In this document: positions 14,358 to 27,586 of the stretch, one piece after another
How the letters are laid out: each line of letters opens with the position of its first letter
Position numbering within the stretch: the stretch's first letter is position 1
NCBI GenBank assembly: GCA_965153285.1
Contig: OZ229111.1
DNA length: 64,000 nt
From: Podarcis tiliguerta
Taxonomy: Eukaryota
Direction: 5' to 3' (one strand)
Program-made: the position numbers and the translations under genes
The notes under the pieces: generated by a model
Told to the model about the DNA's origin: nothing
Databases searched by the model: none
The model's input: only the letters and a program-made list of their open reading frames with translations

Positions 14358-14514
14358 CACTGGCGGAGGAAGAGTAGGGCGGGGGGAGCGCACTGCCACC
14401 GGTGGGGTGCCATCGCGGCTGCCCCCCACCATGCTGGGCACCACGCCCCTACAGGCAGCATGCTATGACCCCAGGACACACACCAGCCCTGCCCCCGCCT
14501 GATCTCCGCCACTG
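14358..14514. mobile_element. hAT-type MITE, GC-rich
   Basis: TIRs CACTGGCGGAG / CTCCGCCACTG (1 mismatch); TSD GCGACAAG / GTGACAAG (7/8). Confidence 0.85.
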
Positions 14515-16234
14515 GTGACAAGCACACAAAGTGCAATGAGATTGAGTGTTGGGGGGGGGAGGACGGAGGCTTGGTTAATTTTCTTGTACACAGGTTGTAC
14601 ATCGACAATGAAGGTATTATTATTAGAAAGTGGTGGCGTCCCTTGCATAAAGGACAAAAATGAGTGAAGTGGAAACTTTCTAAACAATCCTCCCGCAGGG
14701 TTTAATAGTGCCCCACATTGTGGAGGAAAGTATGCACTGTGCAGAAATTATGTTCCTGGTGGCCATGAATCCTCAATTCATGTAAATTATTTCTGTACAG
14801 TGCACACTTAACCTCCATCCGCAACATGGGGGCACTAGTATAACCTGTTTGGCGAATATTTTTTTCCTTCAAAGGAGCAGAACTGAGCTGCACTTCAAAA
14901 TATTCAATGTATAGAGTTTTGTATTTGGGAAAATGCTGTTCTTTCCCCCAGAGAGCTCAGCCCTTGCTATTGCAAATTGCTCAGAGGGATATGATTATGT
15001 AAGTATTTGTGATGTATTGCCTGCATTAAGCTTCCACCCCATGTCCGAAATATTGTGTAGATTTATTGCTTTAGGGCAAGGATAGGAAGCCAATGGTGTC
15101 ATTGGACTGTAGCTGCCAGTCAACCTCTGTCAGAATGGCCAATGGTCTAGGAGGATGGGAGTTTTAATCCTGAAACATCTATAGGGTCACAAGTTCCCCA
15201 ACCCTCTTTAAATGGTTGACCACCACCCACACACTACCGTTTCAGCATAGGAATGCTGAGATTACTACAGCTGTCCATGTACCAAGTGGTAACCTAAGTA
15301 GAGTTATACATGCAACTACTTTGTATTCTAGTAATCTTTATGCTCCTGCTACTGTTCAGGTATCTGGGGAAGCAGGAGAGTGGTTAAAATTCTTCTCATT
15401 GCTTTGCAGAATGATACAGTTGACCAACTCACTAAATGATTATATCATTAGGAACTCTCTCCCAGGAGACTCTTGCCAGGTGCCTGCTTTAATGCCTTTT
15501 TGGCATCAAGTAAAACCCTTTTTTATTTCCCTGGCTTTTTACCATCCAATGAGTTTTTATCACGGTTTTATGGCCTCTATTTTCCTGCCATTTTTATGGA
15601 TTTCCCTGAAATATTCTCATTCTATTTTGACTTTTTTAAAACTCCCCTTTGTATTGAAAAGCCTGTTAAATTATAACACTGGACTAAGTCAATGGTCAGA
15701 AAGAGCCATCTGTTGTATTCAACTTCTCTTTCCTTTTTCTTAAAGGTTTCTCCTTCCCTATACATCAAGGCCCTGCCATTTGATTAAAAGTTTTTGTTGT
15801 TAATTTTATTTATATACTTCAGGTTAATTGTTGTCCCTACAGGACAAATAAAACCAGTACAAAAATGTCTTATATGAATGCAAGGTAAATTCACCTTTGG
15901 TATAAATAGCACATCAGGCTACACCTTGCTTGCGTATTTACTAATATTAATATCCTGGGCATCTTTACCAATCTGGAACTTGATAGTTACTTTAACCTTA
16001 CCTCCAAAGCAAGGTCTTTAAATGTCTTTGCTCTTGACCTCATATACCAATGATACAGCATATCTTTGGACTACTAACGTATTTCAGAGTCAGTCCATTA
16101 TTTGATTCAGTATTTCATGAGTGAAAACAGTTGTCCCTAGAGTCATGCTTCTCAATGTAACTTTCTCAAATATAGGTCACTGAGCAGTTCAAGGGAATCA
16201 ACAGGGATATTTCCCTTGCCAATATCCAGAGGAG

Positions 16235-16368
16235 ACTTCAATAACCTGGCATTCTCCAGATGTTTTGGACTGCAACTCTCCTCAGCCCCAGCCAGCATGG
16301 CCAATCATCAGGGATGATAGGAGTTATCGTCCAATAGTATCTGGAGGCCACTGGATTGGGGAAGGCTG
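16235..16368. mobile_element. Diverged palindromic hAT MITE, same type as 3012-3147; further relics near 15075-15205 and 59850-59980
   Basis: Shared CTCCAGATGTTTTGGACT.CAACTC...GGGATGATAGGAGTT...ATCTGGAGG core. Confidence 0.65.
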
Positions 16369-18089
16369 TTGTAGACAAATATTGTCTACCAGAGTCACTA
16401 AAACAGTCTTAGTTCCATTATCAGGCTGAATGGTTGAAAAAGACATAACAAATGGAAAATGAAATGTATGCAGCTGCCAGAAATGAAATGAATTGTGTAA
16501 AAAGTATATTCATATTGTTTAGTCACGACTAAGAATTGGCAGGGAAGGATTAGGAAAATTAGCACTTGAGGTGGAAGAGGGAGCTAACCATGGTTAAGCA
16601 ATTGCACCTGCACAAGGCCTAATAAATATGTGTGAAATGATAGGATCCATATTAATTTCAATATTAGTTACACTACAGAGAAAAAAATGTACACGGATTT
16701 AAAATGATTATTGTAACAAGTAAAACTGAAATAGTCTAACTAGGAAAATGTGCACATAAGCATATTCTGAGAGAAAAAACAGCATTAAGAACTGCCCTGC
16801 CCTTGTTCCTTATTTTAGAATCATCAGTCTTCTTTCCAGTTTCCATCATAATGCACCCCTTTCTTTTCCAGGCTAGGTCTCATGTTTTAATTCTGGTAAA
16901 GCAAATAAAGGTACAAGTCACTGCAATTCTTCATTATTTCAGAAAAGTTTACGTATCACCTCAACACGCTATCAATAATGCTGCTTCAAAAACATATGAG
17001 AAAAGTATTTTATAGTTTAATAGAAAATGAAAGAGCAGGCAAAATTAATTAACAACGCAGCATGGTTTTCTCTTCCTATTGTTTTGATAAATATCAGTTA
17101 AATGGTGATTTATATGGTAGAAAATAAAAAAATGGTACTCATGTTGATAAAATTGCCTCAGGTGCCAGAACAAAATGGTTGCCAAGGGCAGCCAAAAAAA
17201 GAAGTGATGGTACTCTGTACTAGTAAGCAAAATCTCTCTCACACACACAACATTACAGATAATAAAATTATTCATATACTACTGGGTTAAATTTCAATTT
17301 ACTGGTTGTAAATGACCAAATGTGAAACATATTTACTTCATAACCATTTTGCTGAACTAGGACAAGTATTTACTACCAAAGATTAGCAAATAAATCAAAG
17401 GCTCTAGCAGCAGTTTAGCGCTTGATAACAAGCTCTTTTCCCTTAACAACTGAATAGGCCCATTATTACCGTGCCAACTCAAATCTGGTCTTCTAATGCA
17501 AACTTATCTGCAAGGGAGGGGGGAAACGAATTACAGAGAGTATTAATAGCAGTCACTAAAAGAACATTGTAGGATTCCATGAATAAGAACACTGGCTTTT
17601 CCCTCTGTGACTTCAGAAATATCATGCAAACTTGAAGGAATAAAAATAGAAAATGTACTTTTCTCTCCCAAATTAACTGAAGTCATCCAACTGAATGCTT
17701 AGTTCCTGAAGGCTTTAAAAATAACATATTTGTCCTTCTGTAGTTTACCCTGAACTGACATCAGACTGAAAAATGAGTTTTGTGCCCAAACAAACAAAAA
17801 ACCACCCAAGTACTAATGTATAGGAAAGCTTTCTAAAACACTTAGCTTAGCAAGGAGAAGCCATGATGACATAGGTTATCTGCTCTTGTTTTCATGGCCT
17901 TTTAGAATAAAAAGCAAACATATAATGACAAAATCCTTAAGAACCCAAATCACCCAATTTGGTAATTTATTATGAGAGCAATTCATCTGGCACCAGCTTG
18001 GCTGCAGGAGTTGCCAGAAGGAGGCATACAAGGCTGCTTTAGGGATATAGCCATCATAAGGACTCCACTGTCTATTTGTGTAGGATTTA

Positions 18090-18743
18090 TGTCCTGATCC
18101 CCTGGCCTACCTGGCAGACAGTGTGCCAAGTCCAGAAGCCAATCCACATAAGCCAAGTCCAAAGATCAGGAAATGCAGTCCAAGCTCAGTCCAAGTAAGC
18201 CAAGATAGTAGCTCAGCGGTCAAACTCAAAGTAGAAACTCATGCAGGTCCAAGGAGAATCCTAGGCGAGGTCCCCCAACATGGGCAGTTAAGCAGACACA
18301 GTACACCAGCTCTGCTACCTTCTTATACTGTGCCTGCTGATTGCAGCATCTGGGCTTGATGAGGCATGTGACCCTCACCTGCTCTCAGCTTGCCCCAGCT
18401 GAGGAATCACATGCCTCCTTCCCCACCTGGCCAGCTAGTGAACTAGGCTGCAGGCCTGCCTCTTCTTCCTAGAGTGCCCCAGCCGCTGTTCCCTTTGTCT
18501 TAGGACCTGCCATGTTCATGGGGACGGGGGCCTCTCTTGCTCTGGTGAAGGGTCCCACTGCTCAGCTTCCACACATTCGTCCCTGCCCTCTCATCATCCT
18601 CTGTCACCCCATGAGTATTGTCTACAATAACCTCTCCTTCCTCATCCCCAGCTTGCTCCCGTGTGACCCACTCCCAGCTGCACCCCTCACCAGGATCCTC
18701 TTCCTCCTTTTCCTCCTCCCCAAATTCCTGCCAGTTCATGACA
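18090..18743 (-). mobile_element. Solo LTR (Gypsy-like)
   Basis: Termini TGTCCTGA...TCATGACA (inverted, TG..CA); flanks ATTTA / GTTTA (4/5 match, 5-bp TSD). Strand inferred from composition and a TATAAG on the minus strand near 18322-18327. Confidence 0.7.
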
Positions 18744-18754
18744 GTTTACTCTTT

Positions 18755-18865
18755 AGCCTTTTCTTCTGCTGAAGATATCCCACAAGGCAGCAGAAGTTTA
18801 GGATCAGAGTTTTCCTTCTCCTAGATGGGTTATCTTCCCAGGTTAACGAGCCCCACCTGCCCCCT
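18755..18865 (-). mobile_element. Possible RTE-clade 5'-UTR fragment
   Basis: AGTTTTCCTTCTCCTAGATGGGTT..CTTCCCAGG.TAACGAGCCCCA resembles the RTE 5' region as I remember it; unverified. Confidence 0.4.
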
Positions 18866-19757
18866 CTACAGCACGTGTAGAAATTAATTTAGCAGTGATT
18901 AATTTAGCCTATGACACACAAAAGATTGTAAGTGCGTCTGCCATGCTGAGATTTGTTAGGCGTTCTCAGAAAGGTCCTGACACTTGAAGGTAGGTGGATC
19001 TATAATCAAGACATGCCTGTTTTCACCAACTGTGAAAAGATATTTTCTCTTAGTGTTGATTAGCAGATGGACTGTGAAATAGTTTGTCACTCCTAAAACT
19101 TTTATTTTAAAAGCAGGCATTGGTTTGAATTTCAGAGTGGCTTTAGAGCCTTTGAATTTGGTTGATGAACAACTTAAATATACACATGTTCTTTACTGAT
19201 ATGTTATTCACTTCTGATAGAGAACACAAGCAGCTGCCAGTCTTACAGTCTGAAAGGGCACATAGGATTCAACAGTGGGTGGGCTGATTCAGGATTAATA
19301 CAAAATGGCATCTCTGTGCAATCCTAGCTATGTCATAAATGTAGCAGTACAGGTTATTTCTCAGAGGCGATGTTTCGGAGATGTAAGGAATCAGTGGTCT
19401 TTAACTGGAAATTCTGACAGTAAGGAGCAAGTGCTTAACTTTCTGCACTGCCATGACCCACCTACATAATTCCTTTTGGGGAGAGCAGGAGGTTGTCCTT
19501 TTCTAACCTTGAAATAAATAAGAGGTGGCCGAGTGGTGTGAATCTTCCTTGAACACTTGCAAAACCTTTGTAGCTTCACACCAGCCTTTCTTTCTGGTGG
19601 TTATTCTAATAGACCTTACAGTCTTCTGCGTTTGGCCCTACAATCTGAGGTTGTCTAGAATGCTGTCTACAAAGTACCGAAGAGCCCTTTTTTGCTGAAG
19701 CAGAACACAGGCTTTAAAAAAAACTTAAATGAAGTTTAATCCTCTGCTGTTGTGCTT

Positions 19758-19759
<2 letters not shown>

Positions 19760-19789
<30 letters not shown>

Positions 19790-19793
19790 ACAA
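19760..19793. repeat. (AAC)n microsatellite
   Basis: Read directly. Confidence 0.9.
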
Positions 19794-21424
19794 TCCAGAG
19801 ATGTTTGGTGCTGTTAATTCAATGTTTTGGACATTCATACTTCTTGAAATATCCACGGCCATAGAGAAACATAAATACATACAGAAAAACAAAGAAACAG
19901 AGCAGCACAAGACTTTGTTGGGGCCCAGATCAGACTTGGGTGGGGGAATCCTTAACTTCATGCTTTGCTTCAGGAGAGGAGAGGGAAGATAATGAGAATT
20001 AGGGAACCTTCTTGAAGGAAATGGGCTATGACATGGGGACTTAGGGAGAAGAAGGCAGCTTGAAAACGCGGGGTGCTGCTGTTCCCCAGAATGAGAGTGA
20101 AGTGGTGATGGGGAGAAGCTAGGATAGATGGTATGAAAAATATGGATGCAAGGATATGGTGGTTTATTTCATGCAAATCCCTTCTCTAGTTCTTAGGTCT
20201 GAAATATTCATACTAGCAAGGTATTCAGCAAGGTGTTTCTTACAGCAGCTTATCAGATTTCCACTGCCTAACTGTCAACCATAAAATTAGAGGTAAAACT
20301 TCAGATTCAGACTTGGCTACTAGCTTTGGCAGGAAGTATGATACCCCCTTTAATTCACATCATAATTTCATGTTCAAAAACTAAGATACTAAGCACAGCT
20401 GCTGCATTGTTTGATGCATTAGCAGCTGAAGAGTGTGCTTCCTGCATCAGGCAGGTAAAATTGCAGGAAAGAGATCTTACTGTGGAAGCTTGAATTACCA
20501 TTCTGAGACTTTGCTGTTAATGGGCCTGAAACTGTACACTGCCTTCTTTCCTAAATCCTCTTGTGTCACACCAAGCTATTTCTCTACTGTAGTTTAAAAC
20601 TGTATGTGTAGTCCACTGAAAATCATAGGCTAAAAGAAGGAGCTGTCTCCTGGGATAGAAGCGCCTACTTTATGTAGCAGTTATGACTACTGCATTATTG
20701 CTCTGAGCATTGTTAGCAAGTACATCTCAACAACCAATATATCTTCCACTTCTTAAGGGTCTTGTAGCAGGAGTTTTAATGGGAGATAGGTGACATTCAT
20801 AAAGAAAGCGCTGGTCGCAGCTGACTCATATGTAAGTCAATGAAACTGCAACTCTGCTTTCCCTGAAGTTTGAAGTATGGGCAATTTGTTATTTAAGGGG
20901 GGAGCAAAGATTTCTGATATGGATTCTGGACTCCAGATACAAAAGTTGAGACTGCTGAACAGAATATTGGGCTGGGGTGTTGTTTATGGGGTTTGTTGTG
21001 GGTGGTGGGTGTTGTTTAGGGTGTTGATTTTTTGCATCTCTATTTTGGATCTTATGATTTATGTGAAAATTGTTCAATTTGGTTGTGTACATTTTGTTGT
21101 TTTTTCATTATGACTTTGTTATGTTTGTATGTATGAGCATGGTTTTAACTTTTGAAAGGCAGCATACGAATAAAGCGACTGATTTTGAAAATGATTGATT
21201 AAAGTGATACTCATTTTATTAGGTTTTGTAGTTCAGTTCCCATGGATCAGCTTACCACTTCATTGTCATTTTAATTATCTTCCCTAGAGAGTGTGCATCA
21301 TCTGTTTTATTTCATAATAGGCCTACATAATATGCACCTTCCTCCCTGTTGTTCCATGTGCCACTTTATTTAGCAAACACTCTAAATTATAATGGAAAAT
21401 ACTATTCACAATCTTTATCATGAA

Positions 21425-21461
21425 TGTGAGTGAGTGAGTGTGTGTGTGTGTGTGTGTGTGT
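21425..21461. repeat. (GTGA)n(GT)n microsatellite
   Basis: Read directly. Confidence 0.9.
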
Positions 21462-21632
21462 AGTCCTTCAAGTGACATTTCTGTATCACAGGTTACTAAA
21501 TATACTTTAAATACACGAGCAATGCCAAACATGTCCACCTTTTCATAAAAGTCACTTTTCTCTGTAATGCTTGGTTTTCTTAATTTATTTAAAACATAAA
21601 AAAAGTTTTTCAAAAATATTAAGCAAAATAAG

Positions 21633-21637
<5 letters not shown>

Positions 21638-21715
<78 letters not shown>
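21638..21715. repeat. Compound (CT)n(CA)n(GA)n microsatellite, self-complementary
   Basis: Read directly; the CT and GA arms are reverse complements. Confidence 0.95.
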
Positions 21716-21720
<5 letters not shown>

Positions 21721-21976
21721 CCATTATATTTTTACTTTGTTAAACATTAAATACCTTATCATTATTCTTAACGAAGCAGAAGGCAGAACATAGTCCTATA
21801 CTTTATCATCCCACTATAGATGATATCAAAATTTTATGAAAGAGTTCCCTGTGAGTTTGTATGTGATTTTCTATTGTTCTGCAACTCTTGAGACAGCATA
21901 TCTTCTATTGCTCTTTACAGATGTTAATCATTCAGAGGAAGAAAATATTTAGACAGGGGAACTGAATGCCCTAGGG

Positions 21977-22106
21977 CAGTGGTGGCCAAACTCGGCCCTC
22001 CAGTTGTTTTGGGACTACCATCATCCCTAGCTAACAGAACCAGTGGCCAGCCATGATGGGAATTGTATTCCCAAAACAGATGGAAGGCCGAGTTTGGCCA
22101 CCACTG
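21977..22106. mobile_element. Palindromic hAT MITE
   Basis: TIRs CAGTGGTGGCCAAACTCGGCC / GGCCGAGTTTGGCCACCACTG (21 bp perfect); perfect 8-bp TSD CCCTAGGG. Confidence 0.93.
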
Positions 22107-22752
22107 CCCTAGGGCTAGGATGTCCATCCATGGAGCCAGCTTACTGTCAAAGGCCGGCTTACAGCTGTAGCACCCATTTGGTCCTTTACAGATCACTTCC
22201 ATGGAGGCAGCTTCTAGAGGAACACCTACCCACTGTAAGCTGGTTCAATTTAATACATCCCCAGTCTGAGTCCAAGTGAGCTGTCACTGGCAGCACTAGT
22301 ACCCCGTGGAGGTGGCTAGTGGCATAAAAACCATAAAATTTCAATCAATATTCAATCTGGACCGAACTGTCCTATATTTAGTAGTGAATGGTGAAGCAAC
22401 ACAGGCAGGGTGGTGTTGCTCATCTGGCTCTCAATGCTCAGCACTGTTGCCAGTTATTGAGGAAGGAGGTGTGGGGAGCTCAGCACAGTACAGATGCAGC
22501 AGCAGAACTGATCAATATTCCCAGCACTCTGCACAAACCATGCCAAGATACCCACAGTCTTGTCCCTTCCCATCTTCCTCTTGGTATTTGACAACGCTTC
22601 TCAGCACTGAGAAGACAGGTAACCCAGAGCCACCCTACTTGTGCTGCCCTACCAACCAGTACTGCTTAATACATTATGTTACTGGAGTCTTTACAGAAAT
22701 ATGATGTCCAAGAAGCTTGAATGATTGGGGGAGAACAGAGCTATGTTGTACT

Positions 22753-22922
22753 TAAGGATTGCCACATGTCGGCAATTTCCCGGATATAGTCGTGATTCGC
22801 TTGAATGTCCAGGAAAATCTGGACATTATGGCAACCCATGTCGGAAGCGTAGATTTTGGGCAAAACTAAAGATCAACAACTCTTGTGTTCGGATTTTCAC
22901 TTTTTGAAATATGGCAGCCCTA
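22753..22922. mobile_element. Diverged DNA transposon (TAGGGTTGCC-type TIR, hAT-like)
   Basis: Ends TAAGGATTGCCA...TGGCAGCCCTA with internal CCGGA/TCCAGGA subterminal motifs; related to 44071-44233. Confidence 0.6.
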
Positions 22923-22981
22923 TACTAGCTGTGGTGGTTTGGGGAGCGAGAGATGAGGTTTTAACATATACAGATGTACAA

Positions 22982-22985
<4 letters not shown>

Positions 22986-23014
<29 letters not shown>
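22986..23014. repeat. (TG)n microsatellite
   Basis: Read directly. Confidence 0.9.
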
Positions 23015-24044
23015 TGAGGTCACACTTAAGATAATTAAATTTAGTATTTTTATGACTTAAGCCTAAGGCAACATGAAGCAGTTCATCATCATACTGCATT
23101 CTCCATCAGTACTTACAACATCAATATCACAGTATTATTTGGTGGAAATGCCTCGGGTTTAATGCATATTCCAGCTGTCAGAAGCAATTTCTCTGCTCAG
23201 TGAACTAGCACTCTTGCTTTTTTATTATTATTATTTACCACTCTATAGTGATATCACCATAGATCAGGCAAGTCTAGGCTAGTCAGTTAGAGAAAGGATT
23301 CTTGTCAACAGATGCTAAGATGGGCCCCACAGAAAAGTAGATATGTTCACTACAGTTATCCCAATATCTATACAGAACAGTACAGAAATTCTACAGCTAT
23401 CAGCTATGGGGTATGTTTTCATGCAGCTCAGGTGTTGAGGCATCAGCAGAGTGGGGAGTTTGTTTATATCAGCAGCTGCCTCTAGGTGGTGAAGAAGGTA
23501 AGGAACGCAAAGGAGGACTTCTACCAAGAACCCCAGCTCAAGGTCACATTTCAACAAAAGATCCTGGTTTCAAACAGGGAATTACTACTTTAACAAGCCA
23601 ACTTCATCATCAATGGTTTGATGCTGGCTTGCCATGAAACTTACCATAGTTTGTTTTAATCTAGGATCTCTGCTTCAAATATTAACACTAAATCAGGACA
23701 TTTCACTCGGGCTTTTTCAGGTTTATCCATGTAGTACTAAACCTTCCTATTTTACTACATGTGAACGAGTCCAGAATCACAGTGTTGTGAACCCCCCTGA
23801 GATCTACGGTATAGGGTAGCGTACAAAATAAAAGAAATAAAAAATACCTGTGCAACAGCTTTCAAAAATAGTGGGGAAAGTAAACCAGTGATGTAATTGA
23901 TTTGCAGTTGTCTCTGAGGTCAGGGATTCTACGGCAACAGCTTTCCAGGATGCGCTACAACCAATATAGCCAGATATACAGTAGCTACATCCCAATTAAG
24001 TTTACATATTTGCACATTTACATTCACACAAAATACTTTTGAAT

Positions 24045-24190
24045 AACAGTTGTTGGAGGGGAGAATGCTCGTCTACTCAAATCTTGCTTGTGGGTTTACC
24101 TCAGGCATCTTTCTGATTGACCACTGTGAGAAGAGGATGCTGGACTAGGTGGGTCATTGGCCTGATCCAGCAAGCTCTTCTTACATTCTG
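24045..24190 (+). mobile_element. Old CR1-type 3' UTR fragment (same family as 59520-59778)
   Basis: Shared CCACTGTGA.AA..AG.ATGCTGGACT...GCTCTTCTTA motif. Confidence 0.55.
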
Positions 24191-25595
24191 AGGTTCAAAA
24201 TCAAATTATATATTTACAAGGAATAGGCTTGGATTGTGAAATGAGCAATACTGCATGAGATATTTTGGACAGACTGGTTAAAATTTTGAATGTGGCTTTT
24301 GTGATAAGGTTTGTTTATCACAAGATACCACTAAGGAAAGTGTAAAAATAAGTGTATAATTGCATGCACAGTCATCTTTTAAATTAGGAACCACATTGAC
24401 TGGAAATGTTTTACAAAATGCTATATATAGTATACACAGCGGGCCACAATCACAGAGCGAGCCTAGATATTACTTTAGCCAAAATCACCAACAAACCCAT
24501 GGCAAATTTCTAACCAATTTGGACTGCATGTTTTGGTTTTCATGCAGTGATTGTTGAAGAGTGCCCTTGAAACAGCCCATATGACCCATTAGCAGGCGTT
24601 GCTAACCCACAGACTACGGCCTACATATGATTCCCCGAGAGGTTTTTTGTGATCCCCATGCCTCCCCCCCATTTGTCATTCAAAATCAGAGTGGTCATGT
24701 GGGAAAGACCAAAATACCACAACTTTTCATAACACTAGGGTATACTGGTGTGGCAGGAAACTACATCATTCACTCCTCTCATATAAACATTGACATGTTA
24801 TATCCTCCAACATAAAAATAACAGCAAGCAGGTCATGGAAGAGTGGAAAAGCAGCCACCACACTATTCCTGAATACAAGAATGGACCCTAAACGTGTTAT
24901 CAAAATCCTTGAATTTGACATAAAATTTACAACAAGGACAATACCCAAAGAAATAACTTGCTAGCAATTTAAAAAAATGTGTTACTTTGATTTGTGTATG
25001 TTTCACAAACTCCTGAAATATTGAAAAGGAATTAATTGGTTGATATAAATTCTCATTTTTTAAAGCCTCTTAATTTCTCATTAGCACAGAGCTCATTGGA
25101 ATGTAAAATTGTGGCAGCTGAAATTGATATAATTCCCAGACTCTGACAGAAAGACTCACATTAATATTTAATACTTCAAAATGAAAAAAAGAAAGATGTA
25201 TTTTCTTTGAACCAAGCAGGAAGGCGGAACCTTAGTATGGAGAATTAACACTGATGAAGATGGATTCTAAACACCATTAAATTAATCTAGGAAGAAATAA
25301 GCTTAAAGTTAGCTTGACTTTTCATTGAGCATATGGAAAAAGGCCCAGAAGAACTTCGATGTAATAGTCAGAGCAATCATATTCTCACATTAAGCCAGGG
25401 AAGAAAACGGAAAGCGAGAGAGCAGGTGACATATAAAAATGGCAGACATGCCCCCAGTAAATTTGGACACAATAACTGTGTCCACTGATGCCAACAATGA
25501 TGCCCACATACCACATGAACACATAGGACAAGTCAATGAATTCATGCCACAGAACTCCCCCTCCCCCAAATCATCACATATACCTCATACAAAAT

Positions 25596-25870
25596 GGGAG
25601 GTGGTTGGCGCTGTGGTCTAAACCACTGAGCCTCTTGGGTTTGCCCATTGGAAGGTCAGCGGTTCAAATCTGTGCAACAGCCAACTCCTGCCAACTTAGC
25701 AGTTCAAAAGCATACCAGTGCAAGTTGATAAATAGGTATCGCTGCAGTGGGAAGGTAAACAGTATTTCCATGCACTTTGGCACTCGTCATGGTGTCCCAT
25801 TGCGGCAGAAGTGGTTTAGTCATGCTGGTCACATGACCCAGAAAGCCATCTGTGGACAAACATCGGCTCC
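25596..25870 (+). mobile_element. Sauria SINE, 5' part (split by a BovB insertion)
   Basis: GGG..TGGCGCTGTGGTCTAAACCACTGAGCC head and GATAAATAGGTA core; TSD CATACAAAAT (25586-25595) / CATACAAGAT (27774-27783) brackets both halves. Confidence 0.88.
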
Positions 25871-26735
25871 TCAACCTTTCCCAACATCAGGGTCTTTTCC
25901 AGGGACTCTTCTCTTCTCATGAGGTGACCAAAGTTTTGGAGCCTCAGCTTCACGATCTGTCCTTCCAGTGAGCACTCAGGGCTGATTTCCTTAAGAATGG
26001 ATACGTTTGATCTTCTTGCAGTTCTTGCAGTCTCCTCCAGCACCATAATTCAAAAGCATCAATTCTTCGGCGATCAGCCTTCTTTATGGTCCAGCTCTCA
26101 CTTCCATACATCACTACCGGGAAAACCATGGCTTTAACTATACGGACCTTTGTTGGCAAGGTGATGTCTCTGCTTTTTAAGATGCTGTCTAGGTTTGCCA
26201 TCGCCTTTCTCCCAAGGAGCAGGCATCTTTTAATTTCGTGACTGCTGTCACCATCTGCAGTGATCATGGAGCCCAAGAAAGTAAAATCTCTCACTGCCTC
26301 CATTTCTTCCCCTTCTATTTGCCAGGAGGTGATGGGATCAGTAGCCATGATCTTCTTTTTTTGATGTTGAGCCTCAGACCATATTTTGTGTTCTCCTCTT
26401 TCACCCTCATTAAAAGGTTCTTTAATTCCTCCTCACTTTCTGCCATCAAGGTTGTGTCATTTGCATATCTGAGGTTGTTGATATTTCTTCTGGAGATCTT
26501 AATTCCGGCTAGGGATTCATCCAGCCCACCCTTTCGCATGATGAATTCTGCATATAAGCTAAATAAGCAGGGAAACAATATACAGCCTTGCCGTACTCCT
26601 TTCCCAATTTTGAACCAATCAGTTGTTCCATATCCCGTTCTAACTGTAGCTTCTTGTCCCACATAGAGATTTCTCAGGAGACAGATGAGGTGATCAGGCA
26701 CTCCCATTTCTTTAAGGACTTGCCATAGTTTGCTG

Positions 26736-26808
26736 GAAGACAGGAGTGCCTGGCGTGCTCTGGTCCATGGGGTCACAAAGAGTCGGACACGACTGAACAA
26801 CTAAACAA
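26736..26808 (+). mobile_element. 73-bp BovB 3'-tail insertion nested antisense in BovB
   Basis: Matches 38908-38987; perfect 12-bp TSD CATAGTTTGCTG (26724-26735, 26809-26820). Confidence 0.93.
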
Positions 26809-27586
26809 CATAGTTTGCTGTGGTCGACACAGTCAAAGGCTTTTGCATAGTCAATGAAGCAGAAGTAGACGTCTTTCTGGTACTCTTTAGCTTTCTCCAT
26901 AATCCAGCGCATGTTTGCAATTTGGTCTCTGGTTCCTCTGCCCCTTCGAAATCCAGCTTGCACTTCTGGGAGTTCTCGGTCCACATACTGCTTGAGCCTT
27001 CCTTGTAGAATTTTAAGCAAAACCTTGCTAGCGTGTGAAATGAGTGCAATTGTGCGGTAGTTGGAGCATTCTTTGGCACTTCCCTTCTTTGGGATTGGGA
27101 TGTAGACTGATCTTCTCCAATCCTCTGGCCACTGCTGAGTTTTCCAAATTTGCTGGCATATTGAGTGTAGCACCTTAACAGCATCATCTTTTAAAATTTT
27201 AAATAGTTCAGCTGGAATATCATCACTTCCACTGGCCTTGTTATTAGCAGTGCTTTCTAAGGCCCATTTGACTTCACGCTCCAGGATGTCTGGCTCAAGG
27301 TCAGCAACCACACTACCTGGGGTATACGAGACATCCATTTCTTTCTGGTATAGTTCCTCTGTGTATTCTTGCCACCTCTTCTTGATGTCTTTTGCTTCTG
27401 TTAGATCCTTTCATCAGCTCTGAATCTACTTGTACTTGTCCTCCGCTCTTCCCCAGTAGCATGTTGGACGCCTTCCGACCTGAGGGGCTCATCTTCTAGC
27501 GTCATAACTTTTATATGCCTGTTGTCTTTGTCCATGGAGTTTTCTTGGCAGGGATACTGGAGTGGCTTGCCGGTTCCTGCTCTAGG

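Noticed and set aside
15216-15743. 175-aa ORF
   Set aside because: Non-ATG start, F-rich composition from T-rich DNA (old repeat tail) and no domain.
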